Counted from the stretch's first letter, positions 21,387 to 32,547 are shown. The stretch: DNA of 64,000 nucleotides from Microcoleus sp. (GCA_052279835.1 CP181291.1:3936001-4000000), one strand, 5' to 3'. Translations and numbers: made by a program. Notes: a model not told the origin generated them from the letters alone.

Positions 21387-23717
21387 ATGAAACCAGGGAA
21401 AAATTCTCAGATATCACTGATTAAAAAAAACCAAAAAGCCACAGGGCAGCGACAAATATCTTCGGTGCTTTACAATGGAGAAAATGATTTTTTAGAACTG
21501 GAACAAACAGAGTCAGAACCTTTGAATTTTTGGGAAGTCTGCCGCAGTCGCTCGTTTTTAGTCCTAGGCGTGGCTGCGGCAGTAACTACGGGAGTTTTTG
21601 CTTGGACTTTGAATCAAAAAAGTGAGTACGAAGGACGATTTCAATTATTAGTAGAACCCACTGTTACCCAAAACACTTTAGCAAAAATCTACTCTGGTGA
21701 ATTGAAACTGAAACCAGCGGCTCCCGAAACACCAGAAAATGCTGGTTTTGACTACGAATCCCAAATTCAGGTTTTGCAAAGTCCGCAAGTAATGTCGCCA
21801 ATTATCAAACAGTTGCGGGCGAAGTATCCTGAAATTAATTACAACTACCTTTTTAACGAAAAAACAGAGAATTTGCCATTCGATCGGCAAACGAGGTTGT
21901 CAATTAATCGGTTTAAAAATACCAAGATTATCGAAGTTAAATATCGGGATTTCGATCCGAAAAAAATTCAGTTTGTTTTAGAAAAAGTTGCGTTAGGCTA
22001 CCGCAACTATAGCGTGCAAGATACCAGAACTCAAATTAGTCAGAGTCTGGACTTTGTGAAGTCGCAAATTCCCAATCAGCAAAAGCGCCAACAAGCGATT
22101 CAAACAGAAATTCAAAAATTGCGTCAGCAGTACAATTTCATCGATCCGCAAATTCAAACCCAACAACTAGCACAGCAAATTAGTCAACTTCAAGCGCAGA
22201 GATTGGATGCTCAAACCCAACTAAATCAGCAAAAATTGCTCTATGCTAATTTGCAAAATCAGCTAGGACTGAATCAGCAACAAGCCCTGATGGCTTCTTC
22301 TCTGAGTCAAGCACCTCGCTATCAAGCTATGCTGACTCAATTGCAGCAATTAGAAGGACAAATTGCGATTAATTCCGCGACTTATACTGACCAAACTCCC
22401 CAAATGCAGTTGTTGCGAGAACAGCAAAAAAATCTGATTCCTTTGTTGAAAAAAGAGGCTACACAGGTTTTGGGAACTGATTTAGGTAAGGTAAATTCTC
22501 AAGTGCTGGCTTTTCAAGATCCGGTGCGGATTAAGTTGATCGAGCAGTTTATTGGTACTGCTAATACTATTCAGGTTTTGGGAGTGCGAAATCAAGTTTT
22601 GGAACAAGCTGCTAAGCAGTTGAATCAATATTCTCAAGGATTTCCGGTGATTTTGCGGCGCTATTCGGATTTGCAGCGGGAGGCGGATTTAACCAATAGT
22701 ACCCTGAAAAATTTGTTGGCAAAACAACAAGCTTTGCAGCTTGAAGCTGTGGGTAAAAAAGAGGTGGCTTGGGAGGTGATTGCTAAGCCGGAAATTCCGC
22801 GCTACCGCAATGGGGAGTTGATGGCTGTTGCTCCAATTATGCCTTTAAATTTGGCTTTGGGGGGATTAGCTGGTTTAGTTTTCGGTATGCTGGCGGCGCA
22901 GTTGGCCCAACGGTTTAATAATGATAAGGTGTTCCACAGTCCAGAGGATGTCAAACATTCGATTCGGCTACCTTTGTTGGGGGTAATTCCTGCTAGCGAT
23001 AAAATTTTGAGGCTTCCTCCTGCGGAGACAGTTACTGTGGATGTGGGCATTTCGCAAATGCCGACGGATGCCTTTCAAGAGGCTTTTCGATCGCTCAATG
23101 CTAATATTCGCTTGCTAAAGGTTGATAGTCCGATCGCCTCTTGTGTAATTACTTCTTGTCAAGTAGCAGATGGCAAGTCTACTGTAGCTGTAAATCTAGC
23201 ACGGGCGGCGGCGGCCATGGGCCAGCAGGTGTTGTTGGTGGATGCGGATTTGCGACGCCCGCAGGTGCACGAAATGCTGGGTTTGCCGAATTGGCAAGGG
23301 TTACACAATGCGATCGCCGATGATGTAGATGTGGAAAAGTTGATTTTGCGATCGCCCCACGATGAAAACCTGTTTGTGTTAACATCAGGCCCTGTTCCTC
23401 CCGATCCCACCAAGGTGCTTTCTTCTCGAAAAATGCAGCATTTAATGGCAGCTTTGTCAAATAATTTTGACTTAGTGATTTACGATACTGCGCCACTTTT
23501 GGGTTTAGCCGATGCCAATTTATTGGCCGCTCACACTAATGGATTGATGCTGGTGGTGGGGCTGAATCAAACTGAGCGAGAGGCGCTACTGTTGGCTTTG
23601 GAAGATTTGAGAATGGCCGATATTCCGCTGTTGGGAATGGTGGCAAATAACGATAAAGGCAGCAGGTATTACTATCAGTCTTACGTCCAGAATTACATCG
23701 AGGAAAAATCGGTGTAA
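21387..23717 (+). CDS. wzc: Wzc/GumC chain-length determinant and tyrosine autokinase
   Basis: Two TM segments, coiled coil, DGKST, DADLRRP, YYY tail. Confidence 0.9.
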   Translation: MKPGKNSQISLIKKNQKATGQRQISSVLYNGENDFLELEQTESEPLNFWEVCRSRSFLVLGVAAAVTTGVFAWTLNQKSEYEGRFQLLVEPTVTQNTLAKIYSGELKLKPAAPETPENAGFDYESQIQVLQSPQVMSPIIKQLRAKYPEINYNYLFNEKTENLPFDRQTRLSINRFKNTKIIEVKYRDFDPKKIQFVLEKVALGYRNYSVQDTRTQISQSLDFVKSQIPNQQKRQQAIQTEIQKLRQQYNFIDPQIQTQQLAQQISQLQAQRLDAQTQLNQQKLLYANLQNQLGLNQQQALMASSLSQAPRYQAMLTQLQQLEGQIAINSATYTDQTPQMQLLREQQKNLIPLLKKEATQVLGTDLGKVNSQVLAFQDPVRIKLIEQFIGTANTIQVLGVRNQVLEQAAKQLNQYSQGFPVILRRYSDLQREADLTNSTLKNLLAKQQALQLEAVGKKEVAWEVIAKPEIPRYRNGELMAVAPIMPLNLALGGLAGLVFGMLAAQLAQRFNNDKVFHSPEDVKHSIRLPLLGVIPASDKILRLPPAETVTVDVGISQMPTDAFQEAFRSLNANIRLLKVDSPIASCVITSCQVADGKSTVAVNLARAAAAMGQQVLLVDADLRRPQVHEMLGLPNWQGLHNAIADDVDVEKLILRSPHDENLFVLTSGPVPPDPTKVLSSRKMQHLMAALSNNFDLVIYDTAPLLGLADANLLAAHTNGLMLVVGLNQTEREALLLALEDLRMADIPLLGMVANNDKGSRYYYQSYVQNYIEEKSV

Positions 23718-24184
23718 GTACCCAGCATTGGGGTAAAAATAAAATCGGAAATCCCCCAATTTATATCTACCCCAATCCCTGTAGGGGCGAAGCATTCGGG
23801 CTAATAGCCGATGGGAAACACCCAAATTTATAGGCCAGAATGCTTAGCCCTGCCCCACTCTCTCTTTTCTGCCTTCGCGTCCCTACCCTACGGGAACGGC
23901 TTCGCCGAACGCGCCTTCGCGGTTAAATCATTCCGACACAACCGGAAACGATCGCATTTCCGGCTCAACATTAAACTTGAAAAGCAAATGATCTTAAGAT
24001 TTGCGATCGAGATTTTGCACTATAATTAAAAGTTGAGAGTTTTAAACAAATTGCAAAACCTGCAAATTAACAAAACCTGAAAACGTGGCCGGTAAATTTC
24101 CATTTTGTAATACATTGATACAACTCCCCGCCTAGCTGGAAAACTAGAAGGGAGTTTTGTGTTTTTCACACAGGAGATAAAACA

Positions 24185-25552
24185 ATGGCTATTGCTACTA
24201 TCAACCCGACAACGGGAGAAACTGTAAAAACTTTTGAGCCCCTCACAGATGCGGCAATCGAAACCAAGCTATCATTAGCACAAACAGCTTTTAAACAATA
24301 TCAGCGACTGCCCTTCGAGCAGCGCTCTATCTGGATGCAAAAAGCTGCGGATATCCTGGAGCGCGATCGCGAAATTTACGCTAAAATGATGACCCTAGAA
24401 ATGGGGAAAACTCTCAAATCTGCGATCGCCGAAGTCGAAAAATGCGCCCTAGTTTGTCGCTACTACGCCAAAAACGCTGCTCAATTTATGGCCGATGTAC
24501 CAGCGAGCACTGACGCTAGCAGCAGCTTTGTCCGCTACCAACCCTTGGGGGTTATTTTAGCCGTCATGCCCTGGAATTTCCCATTTTGGCAAGTTTTTAG
24601 GTTTGCAGCGCCGGCACTGATGGCGGGCAACGTAGGCTTGCTCAAACACGCTTCCAACGTGCCACAATGCGCTTTGAAAATAGAGGAAATTTTCACCGAA
24701 GCAGGCTTTCCCGAAGGCGTTTTTCAAACATTGTTAGTGGGATCAGACAAAGTAGGTAAGATAGTTGCGGACGATCGCGTTAAAGCAGCCACTCTCACCG
24801 GTAGCGAACCCGCGGGTGAAAGTTTAGCAGCCCAGGCTGGCAAAAATTTGAAAAAAGTAGTGCTGGAATTGGGAGGAAGCGACCCCTTTATCGTCATGTC
24901 TAGCGCCGATTTACCAGCAGCTTTATCCACTGCTGTCACAGCGCGCATCATCAATAACGGTCAATCTTGCGTCGCTGCTAAACGGTTTATTTTAGCAGAA
25001 GAGATTGCCGAGGAATTCATCGCAGGATTTGTGGAAAAATTCGAGCAACTAAAAGTAGGCGATCCGATGTTACCAGAAACTGATATCGGCCCTTTAGCGA
25101 CTCCCGCAATCCTCAAAGAATTGGACAATCAAGTGCAAGCTTGCATCGCATCGGGAGCTAAACTGCTAACAGGCGGCCGTGCTTTGTCAGAGAAAGCCGG
25201 CAATTTCTACTTGCCAACTATTTTGACAGATATTCCCCTGGATGCCACCGCCCGTCAACAAGAATTTTTCGGGCCAGTAGCTTTAGTATTCCGAGTAGCT
25301 AACATCGATGAGGCGATCGAATTAGCCAACAGTACGTCCTTTGGTTTAGCCGCGACAGCTTGGACTACAGTAAGCTCAGAGTGCGATCGGTTTATTTCCG
25401 AACTAGAAGCTGGGGCAGTATTCATCAACGGTTTAGTCAAATCCGACCCCAGATTACCCTTCGGCGGCATCAAACGCTCCGGTTACGGACGCGAATTGAG
25501 CATCCAAGGAATTCATGAATTTGTTAACATTAAAACAGTGTGGGTAAAATAA
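24185..25552 (+). CDS. gabD: Succinate-semialdehyde dehydrogenase
   Basis: MPWNFPFWQ, LELGGSDP, NNGQSC, PFGGIKRSGYGRE. Confidence 0.9.
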   Translation: MAIATINPTTGETVKTFEPLTDAAIETKLSLAQTAFKQYQRLPFEQRSIWMQKAADILERDREIYAKMMTLEMGKTLKSAIAEVEKCALVCRYYAKNAAQFMADVPASTDASSSFVRYQPLGVILAVMPWNFPFWQVFRFAAPALMAGNVGLLKHASNVPQCALKIEEIFTEAGFPEGVFQTLLVGSDKVGKIVADDRVKAATLTGSEPAGESLAAQAGKNLKKVVLELGGSDPFIVMSSADLPAALSTAVTARIINNGQSCVAAKRFILAEEIAEEFIAGFVEKFEQLKVGDPMLPETDIGPLATPAILKELDNQVQACIASGAKLLTGGRALSEKAGNFYLPTILTDIPLDATARQQEFFGPVALVFRVANIDEAIELANSTSFGLAATAWTTVSSECDRFISELEAGAVFINGLVKSDPRLPFGGIKRSGYGRELSIQGIHEFVNIKTVWVK

Positions 25553-25726
25553 GCGCGCACTCAATCAACTTCTGGCAAAAATCTAAATTAATCTGTGTTG
25601 ATTGTGCCACGGGCATCCTGCCTGTGATATAAATTCCGCAAGACAGATGGATTTTGCCTAACTCTTAATTAGGATTTTTGCCAAAAGTTGACCACGAGAA
25701 CATATCCCCACTTACAGAGGACTAAA

Positions 25727-27371
25727 ATGGAAATGAACACAGCTCAATTACTGGTACAATGTCTAGAGAATGAAGGAGTCGAATATGTTTTTGGACTCCC
25801 AGGCGAAGAAAATTTAGAAGTTCTAGAAGCCCTAAGAAACTCCTCAATTAAATTTATTACTACTCGTCACGAACAAGGCGCTGCTTTCATGGCCGACGTT
25901 TACGGCCGCCTGACAGGCAAAGCCGGCGTTTGTTTATCCACCTTGGGACCCCGGCGCAACTAACTTAATGACCGGTGTGGCTGATGCTAACTTAGACGGC
26001 GCTCCTCTCATTGCCATTACCGGACAAGTCGGCACTGATAGAATGCACATAGAATCGCACCAATATTTAGATTTGGTGGCTATGTTTGCCCCAGTTACTA
26101 AGTGGGGAGCTCAAATTGTCCGCCCCGGTACAACCCCAGAAATTGTCCGCAAAGCTTTTAAAGTAGCTCAGAGTGAAAAGCCAGGAGCAGTTCACATTGA
26201 TTTGCCAGAAAACATCGCAGCCATGCCTGTGGAAGGAAAACCTCTCACCAAAGACAACCGGGAAAAAACTTTTGGTGCTTACCAAAGTTTGAATAAAGCT
26301 GCTGTGGCGATTTCCAAGGCAAAAAGTCCTCTGTTGTTAATCGGAAATGGCGCAATTCGAGCCAATGCTAGTGAAGCTGTTACCGAATTTGCCACTCGAT
26401 TGAATATTCCAGCAGCGAATACTTTCATGGGCAAAGGGGTAATTCCTTACACTCATCCTTTGGCACTTTGGACAACGGGTTTGCAAAAACGGGATTACAT
26501 TAGTTGTGCTTTTGAAGAAACCGATTTAGTGATTGCAGTTGGCTATGATTTAATTGAATACTCCCCGAAAAAGTGGAATCCTGAAGGCACTATTCCGATT
26601 ATTCACATTGGAGCTTTGCCATCAGAAATCGATAGCAGTTATATTCCCCTTGTAGAAGTTGTGGGAGATATTTCCGATTCGCTGAATGAAATTTTACAGC
26701 GTGCAGATAGAAACGGAAAAGCCGATCCTTTTGCTAAGCAATTGCGGGCAGATATTCGGGCGGGCTATGAACAATATGCAGCGGATGATGGTTTCCCGAT
26801 TAAACCCCAAAAATTGATTTACGATTTGCGGCAGGTGATGGGACCTGATGATATTGTAATATCTGATGTGGGTGCTCATAAAATGTGGATCGCGCGGAAT
26901 TATCATTGCGATCGCCCAAATACCTGTTTAATTTCCAACGGCTTTGCGGCGATGGGAATTGCGATTCCGGGCGCGTTGGCCGCCAAACTGGTTTATCCCG
27001 ATCGCAAGGTGGTAGCAGCCACGGGAGACGGCGGTTTTATGATGAATTGTCAGGAGTTAGAAACTGCTTTGCGTGTCGGTACTAATTTTGTGACGCTCAT
27101 CTTTAATGATGGCGGTTATGGTTTGATTGAATGGAAGCAGGAAGATCATTTTGGTCATTCCGATTTCATCAAATTTGGCAATCCAGATTTTGTGAAATTT
27201 GCCGAAAGTATGGGTTTGAAAGGCTATCGAGTGGAAGCTGCAACGGATTTAATTCCTATCCTGAAAGAAGCCCTTGCTCAAGATGTGCCTTGTGTGATAG
27301 ACTGTCCGGTTGATTACCGGGAAAACGCGCGTTTCAGTCAACAATCTGGCGATATGAGTTGCCATTTGTAA
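25727..27371 (+). CDS. ogdA: ThDP enzyme, probable 2-oxoglutarate decarboxylase; +1 frameshift at 25949-25952
   Basis: FGLPGEEN, TRHEQ, GDGGF...N; follows SSA dehydrogenase as in the cyanobacterial TCA bypass. Confidence 0.8.
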
Positions 27372-27454
27372 GAGTAGTCTAAATCAGGATACGGCAGCGA
27401 TCATTAGTGTCAACTTAAGACTGAAAGCCTTGGTATCTCTCGTTCATAGCCAAG

Positions 27455-27542
27455 TCTAGATCCCCCTAAATCCCCCTTAAGAAGGGGGACGAAAGAGAAG
27501 ACTCCTGTCCCCCCCTTCTTAAGGGGGGCTAGGGGGGATCTG
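27455..27542. repeat. Palindromic repeat CCCCCTAAATCCCCCTTAAGAAGGGGGAC...GTCCCCCCCTTCTTAAGGGGGGCTAGGGGGG
   Basis: Nested inverted repeats seen directly. Confidence 0.8.
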
Positions 27543-27640
27543 GCCTTAATAGTCAAACAGCAGTCTGTGACAGGGAAGGCTTAAAAAAGTGGCGACACGC
27601 TAGCACTCCCCTTAAAAGCCCGATCGCCTGTGTTAAAATT

Positions 27641-27985
27641 ATGGAAGCTCAACCACGAGAAGTACAGAACTACCTAAAAGCCGATGGGACAAGTCCCTTT
27701 GAAGGATGGCTTGATTCCTTTCAAGATACGAAAACTGTATCTAAAATCAAGAAACGACTCAGGCGAGTTGAGCTAGGCAATCTGGGAGATTATCGCTCAG
27801 TAGGAGCTGGAGTTTATGAACTTAAGATTGATTATGGCCCTGGCTATCGCATCTATTTTGGACAAATCGGGTTAACAGTTGTGTTGCTGCTATGTGGCGG
27901 TGATAAAAGCACTCAAGAACAAGATATTAGCCAAGCTAAAAAATATTGGAGAGATTATGAAAGAACTCAAAGTGCCAACAAGTAG
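27641..27985 (+). CDS. RelE/ParE-type addiction module toxin
   Basis: GNLGD...ELKIDYGPGYRIYF...LLCGGDKSTQ. Confidence 0.9.
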   Translation: MEAQPREVQNYLKADGTSPFEGWLDSFQDTKTVSKIKKRLRRVELGNLGDYRSVGAGVYELKIDYGPGYRIYFGQIGLTVVLLLCGGDKSTQEQDISQAKKYWRDYERTQSANK

Positions 27986-28274
27986 AAGCTACCATGAATA
28001 CTTGATTTCTTCTCTGAAAAATCCAGAAAGTGCTGCTAGCTATATCGAGGTTATGTTGGAATTAGAGTCTGAAACACCAGAACCAGAATTGCTGCGAGCA
28101 GGACTTAAAGATGTTGTGGATGCTTATTGGCAGATGAATAAGTTATCGACGGAAGCTAAATTTATATATGAGAAACTCGATCGGATGTTGTCTGAGAGTG
28201 GGGGCGAGGAAATTTATGCTTTGATAGTTTTACTAGATAAACTGGGGTTCCAGTTAGCTGTCGCAGTAAAGTAG
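27957..28274 (+). CDS. Cognate antitoxin
   Basis: Overlaps the toxin gene; SYHEYLISSLK...LDKLGFQLAV. Confidence 0.78.
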   Translation: MKELKVPTSRSYHEYLISSLKNPESAASYIEVMLELESETPEPELLRAGLKDVVDAYWQMNKLSTEAKFIYEKLDRMLSESGGEEIYALIVLLDKLGFQLAVAVK

Positions 28275-28283
28275 GTTAATTAA

Positions 28284-28589
28284 TCAAGTAGTTAGGGCGA
28301 TAAATAATATAAGTGAGGGGCGATATTCCTTGGGTGAACCATACAAGTAGCTATCGAGATTTTTTGATAAGTCTATGGGTAGCTGTGCATTCTCTTCTGC
28401 TGGCGTTTCAGAATTAATTAGATCTATGAAATTCAAGAAAGATGGAAGATCGGAATTTTCTGAATTAGGGTTTTGAAAATCATTTTGATTTGTTCTGGAT
28501 TTAATGAATAGCAAGAAATTCAAAAGTTCGGTGACTAAAGTATCAGGTGTTTGGGCAATCTCACGAATCAATAGTTCTCTTTCGGACAT
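28284..28589 (-). CDS. DUF2281-like putative antitoxin, orphan
   Basis: IAQTPDTLVTELLNFLLFIK...LSKNLDSYLYG. Confidence 0.55.
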   Translation of the reverse strand: MSERELLIREIAQTPDTLVTELLNFLLFIKSRTNQNDFQNPNSENSDLPSFLNFIDLINSETPAEENAQLPIDLSKNLDSYLYGSPKEYRPSLILFIALTT

Positions 28590-28764
28590 TGTTTTATCCT
28601 CCTTCAGAGGTTGCTTGGTTTTTATTTCCTAGTTTATCTCAGATGGAAAAATTTTACAAGCACAGGGGAAAGGGCGATCGCGCTTTTGCTCTCATGTCTC
28701 ACTCTATTAACTTATCGTCAGCAATAACTATGATATAATAAAAAATACGATATTTGTAAAAGCT

Positions 28765-29163
28765 ATGTTTCAAGCAACATTAACTGATGTTTCCTTAGAT
28801 CCAATATTAGAGCGCTTGACGCAACTTGCTCAACTAGAACCTGACTGGGATTCTTATGGTGCATTAGCAGTTTCGCCCGTTGCTTTTGTAAAAGCCTGTC
28901 AGTTGCTAATTCATGTTAAATATTCTCTTTCATCTTTAGTTGGCGATCTAATTTTACCCTATGATGCAGCACCAATTGCTAATGGTAGCCTACAACTGGA
29001 ATGGCGGAGTCCACAGGGCAATCTAGAAGTGGAAATTAAACCTGATATGAGTTTCAGCTATCTACTAATTAAGGGAGAAGGAAGCGAGAGAAAATTTGAG
29101 GAAAAAAACGAGGTATCATTATCTGAAGTCCTGAATGTGTTGTCTGAGCTATTGATTCCATAA
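28765..29163 (+). CDS. Hypothetical protein (WDSYGA motif)
   Basis: 132-aa ORF, co-oriented with the next gene. Confidence 0.7.
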   Translation: MFQATLTDVSLDPILERLTQLAQLEPDWDSYGALAVSPVAFVKACQLLIHVKYSLSSLVGDLILPYDAAPIANGSLQLEWRSPQGNLEVEIKPDMSFSYLLIKGEGSERKFEEKNEVSLSEVLNVLSELLIP

Positions 29164-29177
29164 GTCAGGATGAGATA

Positions 29178-29534
29178 ATGCTAGAAGAAATTGCAGACAA
29201 TGATATTCTTTATCGTCGAATTCCTAATGTACATCTCTATGAGGATGGTACTGTAAAATCCGTTGCTTTTCAGGTTAGAGGAAAACCTGATAACAGTATC
29301 TCAGTTGAGTTAGCTCGGTTAACAACTCCGCAGGAAATTTTAGCTCGTGCGAGAAATCCTGACACTACAAAAGTGGGTGTGTTGGTAGCAGGATATGCCC
29401 GTTCTTTAGGTTTCATTATCCGCCACGATCCCTTGCAGGATAATCCAGCTCATTGTCTGATTGAGGGGGAAAACAATAAAGTCAAGTGTAAACTCTTGGC
29501 TGAGGCTACAACTATTTTGACTTTACCTGGGTAA
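29178..29534 (+). CDS. Hypothetical protein, possibly ADP-ribosyltransferase-like
   Basis: LYRRI...SISV...HDP...NPAH pattern. Confidence 0.6.
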   Translation: MLEEIADNDILYRRIPNVHLYEDGTVKSVAFQVRGKPDNSISVELARLTTPQEILARARNPDTTKVGVLVAGYARSLGFIIRHDPLQDNPAHCLIEGENNKVKCKLLAEATTILTLPG

Positions 29535-29630
29535 AGGCGATCGCGCTTTTTGACAAGTTGGGATGTAAGGGCGATCGCTCTTTTTGACAAGTTGGAATTT
29601 AAGGGCGATCGCTCTTTTTCAGAAAGTGGG
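29533..29630. repeat. Three 34-bp HIP1-containing tandem repeats
   Basis: AAGGGCGATCGC(G/T)CTTTTT(G/C)A(C/G)AAG... Confidence 0.8.
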
Positions 29631-29668
29631 AGAGGAGTTTTTAAGATTCTGTTTCCCACTTCTCTTAG

Positions 29669-30094
29669 TTAGTAATCTACATCGTAGTTCATCAAGAAAT
29701 CAACCCGATTCCCCCCACCCCGATATCTCTTTGGGTCTAGTACCTTAAACGTAAAATTGCAAACCCCTGACGGAAAGTCAATGTAGTTTTGACCTGTAGA
29801 ACTGGTTGAAATATTTTTTGACCCACTACTAATCTCTTTCCCATCGCCACATCGTCGCGCTGTCCATGTAATAAGAGCAGAAGAGTCTGGACTTGTTAGA
29901 TTTACATAAAATCCACCTATTCCTGAAGCGCCAGGAGGTACTTGATAAGTACGATATTCGCAAGAACTTTGATTAAACGGACAGTTACCAGGGCGTTCAG
30001 GCTCAGGCCATCGCTCTCCCGCTCGTGCGATTGAAGCGAAAGAAAAACTCGACATGACAGTAACAAACAACAAACCCATTTTTAAGCCGTGCAT
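29669..30094 (-). CDS. Secreted hypothetical protein
   Basis: Signal peptide ending ARA; four cysteines. Confidence 0.6.
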   Translation of the reverse strand: MHGLKMGLLFVTVMSSFSFASIARAGERWPEPERPGNCPFNQSSCEYRTYQVPPGASGIGGFYVNLTSPDSSALITWTARRCGDGKEISSGSKNISTSSTGQNYIDFPSGVCNFTFKVLDPKRYRGGGNRVDFLMNYDVDY

Positions 30095-30293
30095 CAGCTT
30101 TATTACCTTTTGGTGTATACTAATTATCGATTTTTCCCTACATACTAAATCTTGTCAAGCCAGATAAAGCCATGTTTAGTAGTTTTTTTTAATTGCAACT
30201 AAGTCATAAAAAGTCATATTTAGGTGGTCAAGTTTGAAAAAGTTATGTCTAGTTGGGTTACAATTAGCTCAAACACTACCATCTGACTCACCA

Positions 30294-31832
30294 ATGGACG
30301 TTGAAGAGGCCTTAGAATTTGTTGACCATCTAGCTTTGACTACTACGGGAAAACACTTAGATAGTCTGCAAAAAGCTATATTACGTGGCACTTGGAACAA
30401 TCAGAAATATAAGGAAATTGCGGAAGAACACAACCGTTCAGAGAAATATGTTAAAGAGGTTGGCTTTAAATTATGGAAACTTCTATCAGTTGGATTAGGT
30501 GAGGAACAAGTATGTAAAGCCAATTTTAGAGCAAAGCTGGAAAATTTACGAGTTGGAAATATCTCGCTTTTTGGCAACGGCTGCATCCATATTGGTAACA
30601 TCTCTGCTGATAGTTCACAATCCTCAAAAAATTTACAACCTGAACCGCAATATAACGATAAGTTTAACGAACCAACAAGCAATGCTAAACCAAAAGTATG
30701 TCAAGACTTATCCGACGCACCAGAACCCAACCTATTCTATAACCGCACATCCGAACTTTCCACCCTCGAAAACTGGATTGGGGGCCGCACCCGCCTCATC
30801 ACCATATACGGCTTATCCGGTATTGGCAAAACCGCCCTGACACTCCAACTAATCCCACAAATTCAACACGAATTCGATCGCATAATCTGGCGAAGTCTCC
30901 GCGACGCGCCACCGCTGGCTTCACTCCAAACCGACTTAATTAAATTCCTCTCCCAGCAGCAAGAAACTAACCCCCCCAACCCCCCCTTATCAAGGGGGGG
31001 CGAAGAGATTCAACCTCTTTCTCCCGGGCGCGACGAAGAGATTCAACCTCTTTCTCCCGGGCGCGGCGAAGAGATTCAACCTCTTTCTCCCCCCCTTAGC
31101 AAGGGGGGGTTGGGGGGGGTAATCAACTATTTACGATCGCACCGCTGTCTCATCATCCTCGATGATATCCAAACCATCTTCAGCAGCGGACAACTCGCAG
31201 GAACTTACCAACCAGGCTATGAAAATTACGGCACATTCTTCAAACAAATAGCCGAGTCATCCCACAACAGTTGCCTCATCCTCAACTGTTGGGAAAAACC
31301 CAGAGAAATTGCCGCCTTGGAAGGCGAAAACCGCCCCTGTAAATCCCTGCAACTCAACGGTTTAGGCCCGGAAGCACAAGAAATATTCAGAGAAAAAGGT
31401 TTAGCAGAACCCGATAAATGGTCAGAACTAATCGACCTTTACCGAGGCAATCCCTTATGGTTAAATATAGTTGCCACATTGATTCAAGACTTATTCGGCG
31501 GCAGCGTTTCAGAATTCCTATCCTATGATACCCTATTCTTAGGTGACTTAGAATCACTATTGCAGCAGCAGTGCGATCGCCTAACTGCATCTGAACAACA
31601 AGTTATCGCATGGCTAGCAAGTACCCCAGAACCAGCCGACATCTCAAAAATACCAGAAAATCTGCAACTATCACCGCCAGAACTATTGAAAGTTATCCAA
31701 TCTTTAGGACGACGGTCATTAGTTGAAACAGTAAAACAAAATGGGCGATCGCACTTCACAATCTGGCCAGTAATCAGAGAATATATAATCAACAAAACCA
31801 GCATCAAAAAGCGATCGACTTATCCAGATTAG
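30294..31832 (+). CDS. HTH + NB-ARC (STAND) ATPase with no WD40 domain
   Basis: N-terminal HTH (YKEIAE), GLSGIGKT, IILDD, YRGNPLWL. Confidence 0.85.
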   Translation: MDVEEALEFVDHLALTTTGKHLDSLQKAILRGTWNNQKYKEIAEEHNRSEKYVKEVGFKLWKLLSVGLGEEQVCKANFRAKLENLRVGNISLFGNGCIHIGNISADSSQSSKNLQPEPQYNDKFNEPTSNAKPKVCQDLSDAPEPNLFYNRTSELSTLENWIGGRTRLITIYGLSGIGKTALTLQLIPQIQHEFDRIIWRSLRDAPPLASLQTDLIKFLSQQQETNPPNPPLSRGGEEIQPLSPGRDEEIQPLSPGRGEEIQPLSPPLSKGGLGGVINYLRSHRCLIILDDIQTIFSSGQLAGTYQPGYENYGTFFKQIAESSHNSCLILNCWEKPREIAALEGENRPCKSLQLNGLGPEAQEIFREKGLAEPDKWSELIDLYRGNPLWLNIVATLIQDLFGGSVSEFLSYDTLFLGDLESLLQQQCDRLTASEQQVIAWLASTPEPADISKIPENLQLSPPELLKVIQSLGRRSLVETVKQNGRSHFTIWPVIREYIINKTSIKKRSTYPD

Positions 31833-32097
31833 TCAAATCGGCAGAAACCGGTTGACTGTCAACTTTCAACATCACCTGACGGTGCAACCGGAATTGATAT
31901 TAGAGCGAATCTGCTACCATCAGAATTATAAAATACAGCTAAATGTCAAAAACCCGGTTTCTGCGTGAATATCTGTCGAAAAAATCGACGATTTTTGGAA
32001 GAAACCGGGTTTTTTGCGTAAGCCCTAGCCATAACAGTCAACACTCAAAAAACCAAAAAGAAGGCTTTCAACGCCCCCAGAGCCTCAAAATACCAAA

Positions 32098-32499
32098 TCA
32101 GAGATACAGCCTATTTTTCCAGGTCCCATCAGGCAGGAAGATGCCTCTGAGAGAACGAAGGCGATCGGGTAACATCAAGTAAGCCCAAGCAGTACCTAAA
32201 GATTGGCAATTGAGATCGAATATTTCGATTTCCTGTCGCTGATATTCGTTTTGTGCGGGTGGGCGTTCAGGATCGTATTCTTCAAGTTCGTCTAAATCTG
32301 GCAAAATAGCGGAGTCGCCGAAACACAGGAGGAAACCGTAGACTCTTCCTTCCCCAGAAATCATGGCCGGATAGCCTGCGGGCAAGGCAAAAAGCTGACC
32401 GCGGGCGATCGCCGGACAAGCATACACAACCTTTCCTTCGCAATAGCGGAGGTAGTTGCATTCACCGGGTTTGAGAGTACCGTAGACAAAGACTTTCAT
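32098..32499 (-). CDS. Gamma-glutamylcyclotransferase family protein
   Basis: VFVYGTLK...LDELE. Confidence 0.88.
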   Translation of the reverse strand: MKVFVYGTLKPGECNYLRYCEGKVVYACPAIARGQLFALPAGYPAMISGEGRVYGFLLCFGDSAILPDLDELEEYDPERPPAQNEYQRQEIEIFDLNCQSLGTAWAYLMLPDRLRSLRGIFLPDGTWKNRLYL

Positions 32500-32547
32500 C
32501 ACGCAGACCCTAACGGCTAGTTTTTGCTAACATATATGGCTAACCTA

